Part shown: in pieces, positions 21,213-32,570 of the stretch
Layout: each line of letters starts with the position of its first letter
Numbering within the stretch: position 1 is the stretch's first letter
DNA from: an uncultured Acidobacteriota bacterium
Lineage (GTDB): Bacteria; Acidobacteriota; UBA6911
Reading direction: 5' to 3'
Length of the DNA stretch: 64,000 bases
Assembly (NCBI GenBank): GCA_963827655.1
Contig: CAWHCF010000025.1
Location: forward strand, 64,001 to 128,000
The notes under the pieces: model-generated
Database searches by the model: none
The model's input: only the letters and a program-made list of their open reading frames with translations
Told to the model about the DNA's origin: nothing
Made by a program: the position numbers and the translations under genes

Positions 21213-21447
21213 TGCCTCCTCCCAGCAAGAGCTCCTGCGGCCCTGTTCCTTGGGTTGTCCAGCGGAGCGTCGATGCCGATGGGCAGCGTTTGGGTATCGG
21301 TAGCCCGAACCCTGAGGGTATTTTGCCTCAGAAGTCGAGCACAAGTAAAGACACAGCAAACGGTGTTGGGCGAGAATCTGGATACCGACGGGTTTCTCCC
21401 AGATTTTCCTTCAATCGCTGGTTGCGGCGACTGTACAATGTACATCC

Positions 21448-21699
21448 ATGAAATGCTATACCATGGCACAGCTTCGCGAGCGTCTCGCGGATGTGCTGAA
21501 CGAAGCGGAGCGGGGCGTCCCCGTGGTGATCGAGCGGCGGGGAGTCCGTTATGTGCTTAGAGCGGAACCCGCGCCGGCACGCCGGCACACTCGGCCCTCG
21601 GTCATCGAAATACTCGATCCTGCCGTAGCAGAAGGCCAGTGGCAATGGACCTGGGGCCGTGAAGGTCTGAGGTTCCGCTCAGGCCGCCGACACCGATGA
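21448..21699 (+). CDS. Phd-like antitoxin
   Basis: QLRERLADVLNEAERGVPVVIERRG; ATGA overlap with PIN toxin; TGTACAATGTACA operator/-10 at 21432-21444. Confidence 0.8.
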   Translation: MKCYTMAQLRERLADVLNEAERGVPVVIERRGVRYVLRAEPAPARRHTRPSVIEILDPAVAEGQWQWTWGREGLRFRSGRRHR

Positions 21700-22067
21700 T
21701 CCTCCTCGACACCAATGCGCTCATCTGGCTCGAAGGAGGCCATGCGCGAATTCGGCGGCTTGCCCGCAGAGTCAGGCGGCTGTACATTTCTCCCGCTAAT
21801 CTGCTGGAGATCCAACTCTTACTCGAAGCGGGCCGGATCCGTCTGCGACCGGGCGGTAGCATCGTCCGAATCGCACAAGACGAGCGCTGGGTCCTGGACG
21901 ATCCGCCGGCTGCGGAGTGGTTCACAAAGGCGCTCGAGCTGGGGTGGACGCGTGACCCTTTCGACCGGCTACTCGTGGCGCACGCGCGATTGCGGGGCTG
22001 GCGGCTGGCTACCGGGGACGCAAATCTACTCAAGCAACTCGAAAGCACCGAGGCGCTCGAAATCTAA
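21696..22067 (+). CDS. vapC: PIN-domain VapC toxin
   Basis: MILLDTNALIW, LLEI, RDPFDRLLVAHA, LATGD. Confidence 0.9.
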   Translation: MILLDTNALIWLEGGHARIRRLARRVRRLYISPANLLEIQLLLEAGRIRLRPGGSIVRIAQDERWVLDDPPAAEWFTKALELGWTRDPFDRLLVAHARLRGWRLATGDANLLKQLESTEALEI

Positions 22068-22076
22068 AGCTCCGTA

Positions 22077-22154
22077 TCTTGGCGTCTTAGTGGTATTAGT
22101 GTCGCGCCGCAAATACCACGAAGACGCGAAGACACGAAGAAACACCAAGAATCT
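22077..22154. repeat. 9-mer-periodic repeat, inverted pair
   Basis: tcttggcgtcttagtggtat...ataccacgaagacgcgaagacacgaagaaacaccaagaatc. Confidence 0.8.
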
Positions 22155-22225
22155 TGCGAGGGATAATTGCTGCTTCGGGCGGCAAGAACGTCTATACTAT
22201 TTGAATTCGCCGGAGGACCCTCCTG

Positions 22226-24617
22226 ATGCGTCGATGCGCTTTTCGGATACCACGCTGGATTCCAGTCTTATTCCTGACCGGCGGCTTCCTCGGCGTGCGT
22301 GGCCTCCAGCCTCAATCGAGGGATGGATCCGTCTCTCCGGAACGCGCCGTGGTCAATCGGTATTGCGTCAGCTGCCACAACAGCGCATTGAAAGCGGGAG
22401 AGCTTGCGCTCGACACGATCAGCGCGCAGGACGTCGGCCAGCACCCTGAAGCGTGGGAGAAGGTCGTCCGCAAGCTTCGCGCCCGTCATATGCCGCCGGC
22501 CGGAATGCCGCGGCCGGACGAGCGCACTTACGCGGCAGCAGTATCTTCGCTGGAGACCTCGCTGGACCGCGCGGCTGCGGCCAAGCCCAATCCCGGCCGA
22601 ACCGATACGTTCCGGCGGCTCAATCGAACCGAATACCAGAACGCGATCCGCGACCTTCTTGGGCTGGACGTCGATGTTGCCTCGCTGCTGCCGATCGACG
22701 AGTCCAGTTATGGCTTTGACAATGTCACGGTCGGAGATCTCTCGCCGACGTTATTGGACCGCTATATATCGGCGGCGGAGAAGATCAGCCGGCTGGCGGT
22801 GGGGCGGCCCAGCCGTTCTCCGGGCGGCGATACTATCAAAATACCGCCGGACCTCACCCAGGAGGAGCACGTAGACGGGCTTCCGGTCGGCACCCGCGGC
22901 GGAGCGCTGATCCGTTATACCTTCCCGCTTGACGCCGAGTACGAGATCCAGATTCGACTGGCGCGTGACCGCAACGAGCACGTTGAGGGTTTGAACGAGA
23001 CCCACGAAGTGGAGCTGCTTTTGGACAGGGAGCGGGTGCAGTTGTTCACGGTAAAGCCGCCCGCGCGAGACGGAATAAACTCTGAAGAGTATCAACCAGC
23101 CCACGACAACCTGGATCAGCACCTCAAGATCCGCGTTCCCGTGAAGGCCGGTCCGCACGCCATCGGGGTGACATTCCCGAAGAAGCCTTCGGCGCTCCTC
23201 GAAACTGCGCGCCAGCCCTACCAGGCACACTTCAATATCTACCGGCATCCTCGACTCCAGCCGGCAGTCTACTCGATCTCGATCATCGGTCCTTATGAAG
23301 CGAAGGGCCCCGGTGAGACGCCCAGCCGCCAGCGGATTTTTGTGTGCCGGCCGGCGCGCCCGGGCGAGGAAGAAGGCTGCGCCAAGACCATCCTTGCCAC
23401 CCTGATGCGACGGGCCTATCGGCGGCCGGTTATCGATGCGGACCTTCAAGGGCCGCTCGAGCTCTACCGCGAAGCGCGGGCAGATGGAGACTTTGACGCG
23501 GGCATCGAAATGGCTTTATCCGCGGTTCTGGTGAGCCCCCGGTTTCTGTTTCGTGTCGAGCAAGATCCTGCCGGCGTCGCGCCGAACGCCGCCTATCGCA
23601 TCAGCGATCTGGAGCTGGCTTCCCGCCTGTCCTTCTTTCTGTGGAGCAGTATTCCGGACGATGAGCTGCTGAACGTAGCGATTGCCGGTAAACTCAAAGA
23701 GCCCATCGTGCTCGAACAACAGACGCGTCGAATGCTCGCGGACTCCCGGGCGCAGGCTCTGGTGACGAACTTCGCCGGGCAGTGGTTGCACTTGCGCAAT
23801 CTGGCATCGATCACACCGGACATGCGTTTGTTTCCCGACTTCGACGACAATCTCCGGCAAGCGTTTCGCCAGGAAACGGAGCTCTTTTTTGAAAGCATCC
23901 TGCGCGAGGATCGGAGCGTGCTCGACCTGTTGAGCGCCAATTACACCTTCGTCAACGAACGGCTGGCCAAGCATTACGGCATCCCGCATGTGTACGGCAG
24001 CCGGTTCCGGCGCATCACATTGGACGAAGACAGCACGCGAGGCGGGCTGCTGCGCCACGGAAGCATTCTCACGGTGACTTCGTACCCCACCCGAACCTCG
24101 CCGGTAATACGGGGCAAGTGGATCCTGGACAATCTTCTCGGTGTCCCGCCGCCGCCGCCGCCGGAGGTGGTGCCGGCCTCTGAAGGAAAATACCAGCATA
24201 GGCAAGGGTCTTCCGGTCCGCGAACGGCTGGCCGAGCACCGCTCCAACCCCGCCTGTTCCGGCTGCCATAAGCTGATGGATCCTGTGGGCTTTTCGATGG
24301 AGAATTATGACGCCGTGGGCCGCTGGCGAACGCTCGAAGAAAGCAAGCGGATCGACGCCGGCGGCGGGCTTCCCGACGGCAGCCAGTTCTCGGGTGTGTC
24401 CGGACTCGAGCAGGCTTTGCTGAGCCGCCCGGAGGTTTTTCTCGGCACCTTTACCGAGAAACTTCTCACCTACGCTTTAGGCCGTGGAGTCGAGTACTAC
24501 GACGCGCCGGCGGTCCGCAAGGTCGTGCGGGAGGCCCGGACCCAGGATTTCCGCTTCTCGTCATTCATCATGGGAATGGTAAAAAGCGCACCGTTTCAGA
24601 TGAGGAGATCACAATGA
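22226..24617 (+). CDS. Cytochrome c-containing DUF1592-type protein (paralog 2), frameshift near 24180
   Basis: CVSCH, RLNRTEYQN, ELASRLSFFLWSS, TSPVIRGKW; continues in the next frame with CSGCH and YALGR. Confidence 0.9.
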
Positions 24618-25942
24618 TCATCACCAAGAAGGCTCTGCCACGGCGAACGTTCCTGCGAGGCATCGGCGCCAGCCTGGCGCTCCCTGTGCTCGATGCGATG
24701 GTCCCCTCGATGACCGCCCTGGCCAAGACGCCTGCCAATCCGCCGCGGCGCCTGGGTTTTGTCTACATGCCGATGGGATGCGATATCTCCCGCTGGACTC
24801 CTCCAGGTGAGGGGAGACTGGCCGAGCTTTCGCCGGCCCTCCAGTCGCTGGCCCCGGTTGTGGATCACGTCACGGTTATCACAAACCTCGAGCTGAAGAA
24901 CGCCTATCCCGGCACTCATGCGACCTCCAATGCCGCCTTCCTGAGCGCGGCCAAGGCGAAGTGGACCGAAAGCACGGACTACTACCTGGGGACGACGGTC
25001 GATCAGATCGCTGCGAGGCACATGGGCCAGGAAACGCAACTGCCGTCGCTGGAGCTGGCGATGGATTTGCTCCAGACCGTCGGCCAGTGCGATAACGGCT
25101 ATGCCTGCGTTTACCAGAACAATCTTTCGTGGTCCTCGCCCACAACGCCTCTTCCGGCTGAGGCTCATCCGCGCATCGTTTTTGAGCGCCTGTTCGGCGA
25201 GGGGGGAAGCGCGGCGGACCGGCGCGCCGCATTGCGGAGAAGGGCCAGCCTCCTCGATTGGGTTCGTGAAGATATCGCTCGACTTCAGAGCAACCTCGGC
25301 CCGGCCGACCGCGCCAGGGTCAGCCAATATCTTGATACCGTCCGCGAGGTGGAGCGCCGCATTCAGAAGGCGGAGACCGACACGGCGGACAACCGGCTGC
25401 CCGATCTGGATCGCCCCCTGGGCGCACCGGCCGCTTATGCCGACCACGCGCGATTGATGTTCGACTTGCAGGTATTGGCTCTTCAGGGGGATGTCACCCG
25501 GGTGATCACCTTCCAGCTCGCTCGTGAAACAAGCACGAGAACTTACAACGAGATCGGCGTCTCCGATCCGCATCACCCCCTCACGCATCACGGAAACGAT
25601 CCGGAAAAGATCGCGAAGGTTGCCAAGATCAATGCCTTTCACGTCTCGCTGTTCGCCTACTTCCTGGAGAAGCTGAAGTCCACGCCCGAGGGCGAGGGCT
25701 CTCTGCTGGAGCATTCCTTCTACCTGTATGGCAGCGGGATGGGCAATCCTAACGTGCACGACCACCTGAACCTGCCGATTCTTGTCGCGGGCGGCGGAGC
25801 GCGCAAGGGAGGGCGTCACATCAAGTATGCGGAACCGACGCCGCTGGCCAACCTTCACCTGACACTGCTCGAAAAAGCGGGGGTTCGTCTTGAGGCCTTC
25901 GCCGACAGCAAAGGCAAGGTCGAGGAATTGCTCTCGGTGTGA
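24614..25942 (+). CDS. DUF1552 family protein (paralog 2)
   Basis: RRTFLRG leader, HPRIVFERLFG, HHPLTHH; ATGA overlap. Confidence 0.9.
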   Translation: MIITKKALPRRTFLRGIGASLALPVLDAMVPSMTALAKTPANPPRRLGFVYMPMGCDISRWTPPGEGRLAELSPALQSLAPVVDHVTVITNLELKNAYPGTHATSNAAFLSAAKAKWTESTDYYLGTTVDQIAARHMGQETQLPSLELAMDLLQTVGQCDNGYACVYQNNLSWSSPTTPLPAEAHPRIVFERLFGEGGSAADRRAALRRRASLLDWVREDIARLQSNLGPADRARVSQYLDTVREVERRIQKAETDTADNRLPDLDRPLGAPAAYADHARLMFDLQVLALQGDVTRVITFQLARETSTRTYNEIGVSDPHHPLTHHGNDPEKIAKVAKINAFHVSLFAYFLEKLKSTPEGEGSLLEHSFYLYGSGMGNPNVHDHLNLPILVAGGGARKGGRHIKYAEPTPLANLHLTLLEKAGVRLEAFADSKGKVEELLSV

Positions 25943-27456
25943 TTTACCCGGACGAAACGTCGCGCATGCGTATGAAACCGCTCGTTGTATGGGGTCTGGC
26001 TTTGCTGTTTCCGCTCCGCCTGAGCGCGGCCGATTCCAATGCGCCGCTGGCAGACGCAGCGGAGAAGATGGATCGCTCGAGCATTCGCATCCTGCTGGAA
26101 CAGCGCGCGGATGTAAACGCGCCGCAGACCGATGGGATGACGGCGCTGCACTGGGCGGCATACCAGGACGATCTGGAAACGGTGGAACTGCTGGTGCGCT
26201 CACGCGCCAACGTGAAAGCTGCGAACCGCTATGGCGTGACGCCGCTTTCTCTGGCCTGCACCAATGGAAATGCCGCGATGGTCGAGCTGCTCTTGAAGGC
26301 CGGGGCCGATCCGAACACCGCCCTCCCGGGAGGGGAAACCGCGCTGATGACGGCAGCGCGCACCGGGAAGGTCGAAGCCGTGAAGACTCTGCTATCCCAG
26401 GGCGCCGACGTTAACGCAAAAGAAGGGCGGCAGGGACAGACGGCACTGATGTGGGCGGCGGCCGAAGGTCAGGTAGAGGTTGTGAAGGAGCTCATCAAGA
26501 GCGGCGCAGATTTCCGTACCCGTTTGGACTCGGGGTTTACCCCTCTGATGTTTGCCGTGAGGGAGGGCCGGATCCCGGTTGTAAAGGTTCTGCTCGAGGC
26601 AGGAGTGGATGTGAACGAGACCGTGCCGGCCGAGGCCGCGCGCAGGCGCGGCTACGGCGGGCGGCGGCCCCCGGCCGGCGCCGGCGCGCTGCTCCTGGCG
26701 ATCACCAACGCTCATTTCGAACTGGCGGCAGCTCTGCTGGATGCCGGCGCAGATCCGAATGCCGCCCTGCCGGGTTACACGCCCTTGCATGCGATTGTGC
26801 CGGTCCGCAAGCCGGGCGTCGGCGACAACGATCCGGCTCCCGAAGGATCCGGAAACATGACCAGCATGGAGCTGGTCAAGAAGCTTGCGGCGCGTGGAGC
26901 CAACTTGAATGCCAGGATGACCAGGCGCGTGAATTTGACCAATACACGCCTGAACGAGATCGGGGCGACACCTTTCCTGCTGGCCGCCCAGACGTCGGAC
27001 GCCGAGTTGATGAGGACGCTGGCCGCGCTGGGCGCCGACCCGCTGCTGCCGAATGCCGACAACACCACGCCTCTGATAGTAGCGTCCGGACTGGCAACGC
27101 GATCCCCCGGCGAGGACGCCGGCACCGAGAGCGAAGTGTTGGAGGCGGTGCAACTGGCATTGGAGCTAGGCAACGACATCAATGCGGTCGACAACAACGG
27201 TGAAACCGCCGTGCATGGCGCGGCCTACAAGAACCTCCCCAAGGTCGTGCAGTTCCTCGCCGGCAAGGGGGCCAAGATCGAAATCTGGAATCGGAGCAAC
27301 AAGTTCGGATGGACGCCCTTAGCGATCGCCGTGGGTTATAGATTCGGGAATTTCAAGCCTTCGCCCGACACGGAGGCCGCGCTTCGTGAAGTGATGATCG
27401 CCGCAGGAGTAACTCCGCCGAAAACCGTCACTGCCAAGACCCAGCAGATTTACTAG
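25939..27456 (+). CDS. Secreted ankyrin-repeat protein (paralog 2); true start may be ATG 25966 or 25972
   Basis: Signal peptide MKPLVVWGLALL; repeated GxTAL/TPL ankyrin units. Confidence 0.9.
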   Translation: MIYPDETSRMRMKPLVVWGLALLFPLRLSAADSNAPLADAAEKMDRSSIRILLEQRADVNAPQTDGMTALHWAAYQDDLETVELLVRSRANVKAANRYGVTPLSLACTNGNAAMVELLLKAGADPNTALPGGETALMTAARTGKVEAVKTLLSQGADVNAKEGRQGQTALMWAAAEGQVEVVKELIKSGADFRTRLDSGFTPLMFAVREGRIPVVKVLLEAGVDVNETVPAEAARRRGYGGRRPPAGAGALLLAITNAHFELAAALLDAGADPNAALPGYTPLHAIVPVRKPGVGDNDPAPEGSGNMTSMELVKKLAARGANLNARMTRRVNLTNTRLNEIGATPFLLAAQTSDAELMRTLAALGADPLLPNADNTTPLIVASGLATRSPGEDAGTESEVLEAVQLALELGNDINAVDNNGETAVHGAAYKNLPKVVQFLAGKGAKIEIWNRSNKFGWTPLAIAVGYRFGNFKPSPDTEAALREVMIAAGVTPPKTVTAKTQQIY

Positions 27457-27867
27457 GCCTCTTGTTTTAATTGCGCGACCCTGTACGGCCATCATGGTGG
27501 CTCGCTCTCTGGAGAACTTCGTTGCAACGATTGGAAGTCGGACTAACGAAGCGCAAACGGCGCCGTAGGCGAGCACCATTGGCAATGATAGATGAGACAA
27601 TGAATGAGAAGATGACATGCACGATTAGTCACTTTGTCGCATTTCCCGAGGTTATGGTACGCCGTCTCCTTCGCTGCATGCCACGGGATCCGGTCCAAGT
27701 CTCTTCTCGGCTCATCCTCGAAATCGGACGACTTTCATCCGGCAGGAGCCCGACCTAGCGATCGTCGCCGGTTTCGCCGTGCGGTGCGGGATCTGCAAGC
27801 ACGATCGCTTCTGGCACCGCTGCGCCCGGCCGCACAGCGCCGTGGCGTCGGTCTTCGATTCACCCGT

Positions 27868-28203
27868 ATGAGCCCGCGCCCCCGCTCGCTCACGATCATC
27901 GGCTGGCTGTTCGTCGCCGTGGGCGCCACCGGACTCGTGTACGGGTTGCTGGACCTCGACAACGCGACCGCCTCGCGCCGGGAGCTGCTCGACCTGGGCT
28001 ACGCCACGGTGTCGCGCCTGGTCGCGATTCTCGGCGGGGCGTTCCTGCTCCGCGGCGCCCCCTGGGCGCGCTGGATCCTCGTCGCGTGGCTCGCCTTTCA
28101 CGTCGTGCTCGGCGCGTTCCATTCCCTCATCCAATTCGCCGTGCACGCCGTGTTGATGGCGATCGTGTGCTTCTTCCTGTTCCGCGCCGGGAGCGGGCGT
28201 TGA
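27868..28203 (+). CDS. Small 4-TM membrane protein
   Basis: MSPRPRSLTIIGWLF...GAPWARW; hydrophobic, coding-like codon use. Confidence 0.65.
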   Translation: MSPRPRSLTIIGWLFVAVGATGLVYGLLDLDNATASRRELLDLGYATVSRLVAILGGAFLLRGAPWARWILVAWLAFHVVLGAFHSLIQFAVHAVLMAIVCFFLFRAGSGR

Positions 28204-28422
28204 CCTGGCGACCCGCGAAACGCAGCGGGAAGTGGCTCGTCATCTCGCGGACCACGATCCAAGCGTGACCGGACCGTGTGCGAGAAACTGCCACTGCTTG
28301 TCGGCATCGATCGAGTTAGAGATCACGCGCGCCGCAGGCTCGGCATCGGGCGATGGTCGTTCACCGAGCTCGACCGGAAGTTGAAGCCCGTTCAGGGAGG
28401 CCGCAGCCGAAGAGGTGCTTGT

Positions 28423-28536
28423 TCCGTGACTTCCTTGCATTTTGCGAAGAGGTTTTCGCTGACTGCTGAAGGCTGAATGCTGATAGCGCGCGGCGTCGAC
28501 TGATCTCAAATACTTGATTTGCGGCCTCAGCCGCGC
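28423..28536 (+). repeat. Dispersed ~110-bp element with GCTGANN heptamer tandem (copy 1)
   Basis: tccgtgac..ttgcattttgcgaaga..gctgact gctgaag gctgaat gctgata gcgcgcggc..gcggcctcagccgcgc. Confidence 0.75.
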
Positions 28537-28572
28537 TATCCGCTTACTCGTTGGTAGGAGATCCGCGAGCCC

Positions 28573-29124
28573 ATGAGCCAATATGTAGCCCTCCTGCGCG
28601 GGATCAACGTCGGCGGGAAGAATCTGATCAAGATGACCGAGCTCAAGATCTGCTTCGAGCAGCAAGGCTTCCGGGACGTGACCACCTACATCCAGAGCGG
28701 CAACGTACTCTTCAAGTCGGGCGAGTCGGCACCCGCCAAGCTGACCCGTCGGATCGAATCTGTGGTCGCTGAGACGTTCAACTGCCGAGCGAGCGTGGTG
28801 CTGCGCTCCCAGAAGCAGATGCGGGACATCGTCGAGCGAGCTCCACAAGGCTTCGGCGCGCATCCGGCGAAGTACCGCTACGACGTCATCTTCTTGAAAG
28901 AGCCGCTCACGGCCTCGACCGCAATGAAGAGCGTGCTTACCAGGCAAGGAGTGGACCAGGCGCACGCGGGAATCGGCGTCCTATACTTCTCGAGACTCAT
29001 CAGCAAAGCATCCCAGAGCCAGCTCAGCAGGCTCGTCTCCCTGCCGATCTACAAGAGCATGACAATCCGCAACTGGAACACGACGACGAAGCTCGCGCAG
29101 ATGATGGACGGCCCGCAGAAGTGA
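28573..29124 (+). CDS. DUF1697 family protein
   Basis: YVALLRGINVGG, VTTYIQSGNV, TIRNWNT; AGGAG RBS. Confidence 0.9.
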   Translation: MSQYVALLRGINVGGKNLIKMTELKICFEQQGFRDVTTYIQSGNVLFKSGESAPAKLTRRIESVVAETFNCRASVVLRSQKQMRDIVERAPQGFGAHPAKYRYDVIFLKEPLTASTAMKSVLTRQGVDQAHAGIGVLYFSRLISKASQSQLSRLVSLPIYKSMTIRNWNTTTKLAQMMDGPQK

Positions 29125-29467
29125 TTGGGCAACGATGCCCTCTTCAGGCCCTTCGCGACCGGGCGGCGCAGCCGTGATTCAAATAGAGGGTGCTCAACGC
29201 AAAGATCAGCACGTGTGGACCGATGAAGATCCAAGGTAAAGATGGAGCTTTCGGGTCCAGGAGTAAGAACTGCGCTTCTTATTCATGTCAGGGTTCCCCG
29301 GGACGGGGTCGAAGGGCTAGTTTGCGGACGGACCAAACAGAAGCTCGAGTCACCGGATCTCATCTGCGTGGAAAGGCCAACGCCAAAGCGCTCGACTCGC
29401 CCACCCCGGGCGGATCTGTAGATCATTTACAGCAGTTTTGGAACTGATGTCAATCCGTCCACTCTCT

Positions 29468-32356
29468 TCACCGCTTGCGCGTGATCCAGATCGGGCTGCC
29501 CCAGGCGATCTGGTGGTCGTCTTGAACAACCCGGACATAATAGTAGCTTGTCCCTTCGTTCACGTTTTGATCCCGATACACGACTTTCACATCCTTTTGA
29601 TTTGGGTTGGTGGAATAAATCACCTTCGCGTCCTTGACAATCTCGACCAGCGCCACCCCGCTGGTTCCGATTACCCGGATCTCCAGAGGCGGCACGCTTG
29701 AATCGGTGAACTCTTCCCCCATGAAATGATCACCCATCCGATAGTCCAGGATGATGTTGTCGGTTGCCCCGTAAGTATGGCGCTTCTTGATGGCATCAAG
29801 GATCGCCTTGCGGGTCGGCTGCTCGGTATAGACCATGGCGTAGGAGATGTGGGTCGACCAGTGGTCGGAACTCGCGATGCTGCCGATTCGGATTCCCTTG
29901 CGGTAAGCATTCCAGAGAAAGCCCTCTTCCCTGAAACCCCCGATCGTCTTGTCCTCGGCGCGGCGAGCCGCGCGGGGAGCGCCTGCATGTTCCGAAGAGT
30001 TTCGGTCTCCCTGGAATATCTCGACCACCGGTTCGACTTCCGGATCGTTATCGCGCCAGTCGGTGCCCATATTGGTGGCTGATGTGTGAGGGATGGAGAT
30101 TCCTTTGGTCCGGCGAAGAGACTCGTACAGGAGCTTCGTGTCGTTTTCGAGTACCTCTCCGGTCTGCGCGGCTATTCCTGGGCGGGGACGACTCAGGCCA
30201 GACTTGGTGAAGAATGAGACAATGGGATGCCCGCGATTGGCGTGGAAAATGTTGCGGTGACCGTTCGGGTACGCAACGCTGCGCTCGTACGCGTAAAGAG
30301 TCGCGAAGGCCCCAGGAACGTTATACATATCGCAGCTTTTCTCGATCAGCCACCAGAAGTATTCATAATCGCCGCCGGAATTGTGATCCGTCAGCCCGCC
30401 AAAATCCATGGCGGCTCCGTCGAGCATGTAGCGGTAATAATCGAAAAGTGAGCCGTCGGTTAGACCCCCGCCGCTGTCCCAGGAAAACTCCGCATGCCGG
30501 TGCAGGTCTCCCCGTACAATCCGGTTTTCGACCCCATGAACGGACGTCCGATAGCCGCGGGCCGCGGCCACATCTTCGGCCTCCCTGGGATGAACCGTTG
30601 GTTTTTGCTCCGATGGGGCTTCCTTCCAGTCGGTCAACTGTGCCGCGCTGGTTCCTTTTTCAAGTGGAATGCGTGCGGCGAAGACACTCGCCACCGGCGC
30701 GAGAAATGATCTCTTGTAGAGGCGGGCATCCATTGGCCAGGCGACCCAAAGGCTGCCAGCGGGCCCGAAAGCGGCTTGCGCGCGCATGGAAATCCGCCCC
30801 CAGCTTTCTGGTAAAACGGCTGGGGAGGTCCAGCGATCACCCTCGTAGAACATCAGCGCCTGTTCCCAGTAGGCGGCCCTTGGGTAGAGGTGTTTGACCG
30901 GTGGACCCATCTGACCCCAGCGATGGAACAATAGGGCCATACGTCCGGAGCTCGGATCGGCGAACAGTTGCGGATAATCGTGATCGGTTTCCCCGTGTTC
31001 TGCCAGAGCTGTTTGCAGATCCTGGGCGAGCGACTTGCGTTGGTTTCCCTCGAACACCGCCAAGTTCAGTTTGCGGGATTCGTAAAGACGGGCTCCCGGA
31101 GTCGAAGGTTGCCTGATCCAGGTATCCCAGGTCGCCTGCCCTTTCTCCAGCCATTTCGGATCGGTTGTCGGGCCGCTGTCTTTGCCCCAGTTTGCGGCGC
31201 CCTCATCCCAGGCGACCCAGACCCGATCCTGATTATCTACGGCTACGGAGGCATGCGCCTCGAACCGGCTCGTGTGGGCCACTGGAACTTCCGGCCCCGG
31301 ACGACCACCCTCCAGAATCCGCATGTAGACGTCATAGTTTCCGTTGCGATATGTGTCCCAGACAATGTGCGCCCGGCCTCGGCTGTCGAGCGCAATCCGA
31401 GGCTCCCAATCGTTGGCGGCGTTGTCGGTTATTCTTGTCTCTTCCGACCATCCCGATCCGTTGTGATGCCTTAGAAAGACATCCGAGTTCTGTCCGTGAA
31501 AGCCCTGCCACACGACCCAAAGACCTCCTTTGCGGTCCGCGACAAAGTGGTGGTCAATGTCCGGACCTGGATCGGAGCTCAGACGAACAGTCTCGAGCCA
31601 GGTGTCCTGCTTGTCATCCAGCGCGCGCGCGTAAATATCGAAATTGCCATCGACCTGCTGGGACCAAGCCACCCAGACGAGTCCTTGTCCATCGATCGCA
31701 ATCTGGGGACGCCACAAGTCACCCGTGGCCCCCGGAACCCGCGTAAAAGTGTGCCACCCTTTGTTGTCGTGCTTCGAGAGTCGGATTTCATCCATCTGCC
31801 CGCTGTATGATTGCCAGACCGCCCACGCCGTGGTGTCATTCATCGTCGCGATGGAGGGGTAGTCGTCGTTTCGAGAGTCGTCGGTCAGCTTCCAGACTTC
31901 CGTCAGCCCGGTCACGCGAGTTTTGGAATCCAGAAACTCCAGGGTCACACCCGCTTTGATCTCGGAGATTCGAAAAGAAAACTGGCCGTGATTGGTGGTA
32001 ACCGCAAATCGGCCGGACGGTGGACCGGTGCCTCTTAGTATGATTCCCTTAAAAACCGCTGCTTTCGTATTAGGATTCAGGGTCTGGATGTCAAAGGCAT
32101 TCAACGAGACCCGATCCTCGTTTTGAATAAGCCAGCCGCTAGCTTCCGATACCTGAAGGTTCTCGAAGCTGATCGAACCCGTCCATCGTTCCTGGGGTTC
32201 TTTTCCATACCCGAAGGCCAGGCGAATCGAAAAAGGCAAGGTATCCGGGATCGCAGAAGAAACTTGGGGCTCAGGGTTGCGCGGTACGCGTGCGAGCGCC
32301 GCAACTCCCAGCAGAAGAAGAGCACATGCCACAGCGACCTTTGCGTATTTCATCAT
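29468..32356 (-). CDS. Secreted PHP-fold metallohydrolase (DUF3604/CehA-McbA-like) with beta-propeller-like repeats
   Basis: Signal peptide; repeated P.IA.D..G..WVAW blades; GDLHRH, TDH, IPH, EIFQG, ASSDH; YYYVRVVQ...WGSPIW. Confidence 0.75.
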   Translation of the reverse strand: MMKYAKVAVACALLLLGVAALARVPRNPEPQVSSAIPDTLPFSIRLAFGYGKEPQERWTGSISFENLQVSEASGWLIQNEDRVSLNAFDIQTLNPNTKAAVFKGIILRGTGPPSGRFAVTTNHGQFSFRISEIKAGVTLEFLDSKTRVTGLTEVWKLTDDSRNDDYPSIATMNDTTAWAVWQSYSGQMDEIRLSKHDNKGWHTFTRVPGATGDLWRPQIAIDGQGLVWVAWSQQVDGNFDIYARALDDKQDTWLETVRLSSDPGPDIDHHFVADRKGGLWVVWQGFHGQNSDVFLRHHNGSGWSEETRITDNAANDWEPRIALDSRGRAHIVWDTYRNGNYDVYMRILEGGRPGPEVPVAHTSRFEAHASVAVDNQDRVWVAWDEGAANWGKDSGPTTDPKWLEKGQATWDTWIRQPSTPGARLYESRKLNLAVFEGNQRKSLAQDLQTALAEHGETDHDYPQLFADPSSGRMALLFHRWGQMGPPVKHLYPRAAYWEQALMFYEGDRWTSPAVLPESWGRISMRAQAAFGPAGSLWVAWPMDARLYKRSFLAPVASVFAARIPLEKGTSAAQLTDWKEAPSEQKPTVHPREAEDVAAARGYRTSVHGVENRIVRGDLHRHAEFSWDSGGGLTDGSLFDYYRYMLDGAAMDFGGLTDHNSGGDYEYFWWLIEKSCDMYNVPGAFATLYAYERSVAYPNGHRNIFHANRGHPIVSFFTKSGLSRPRPGIAAQTGEVLENDTKLLYESLRRTKGISIPHTSATNMGTDWRDNDPEVEPVVEIFQGDRNSSEHAGAPRAARRAEDKTIGGFREEGFLWNAYRKGIRIGSIASSDHWSTHISYAMVYTEQPTRKAILDAIKKRHTYGATDNIILDYRMGDHFMGEEFTDSSVPPLEIRVIGTSGVALVEIVKDAKVIYSTNPNQKDVKVVYRDQNVNEGTSYYYVRVVQDDHQIAWGSPIWITRKR

Positions 32357-32570
32357 CCCCTCAAAGACAAAAAGCCCGGTGTCGACGCTGCTCGCCAAAG
32401 TGACACGGCAATCAAATACCTACGAACCACAAAACGGCCATCGCAGCTCCGGGCCCCGTAATGCTCCATTGGAAGGCTGCCGGAGCAGCCCTGGACTTTG
32501 GACATTTCGAAGGTCCGGAAAAACTCAGATTCCCCTGGTAGTGTGGCTCAGACATTCTATTAGAGCACCC

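Noticed and set aside
29170-29330. Possible ISL3 transposase C-terminal remnant (EG.LNAKI...AFGSRSKN)
   Set aside because: Too short and degenerate, no terminal repeats; needs a tBLASTn check
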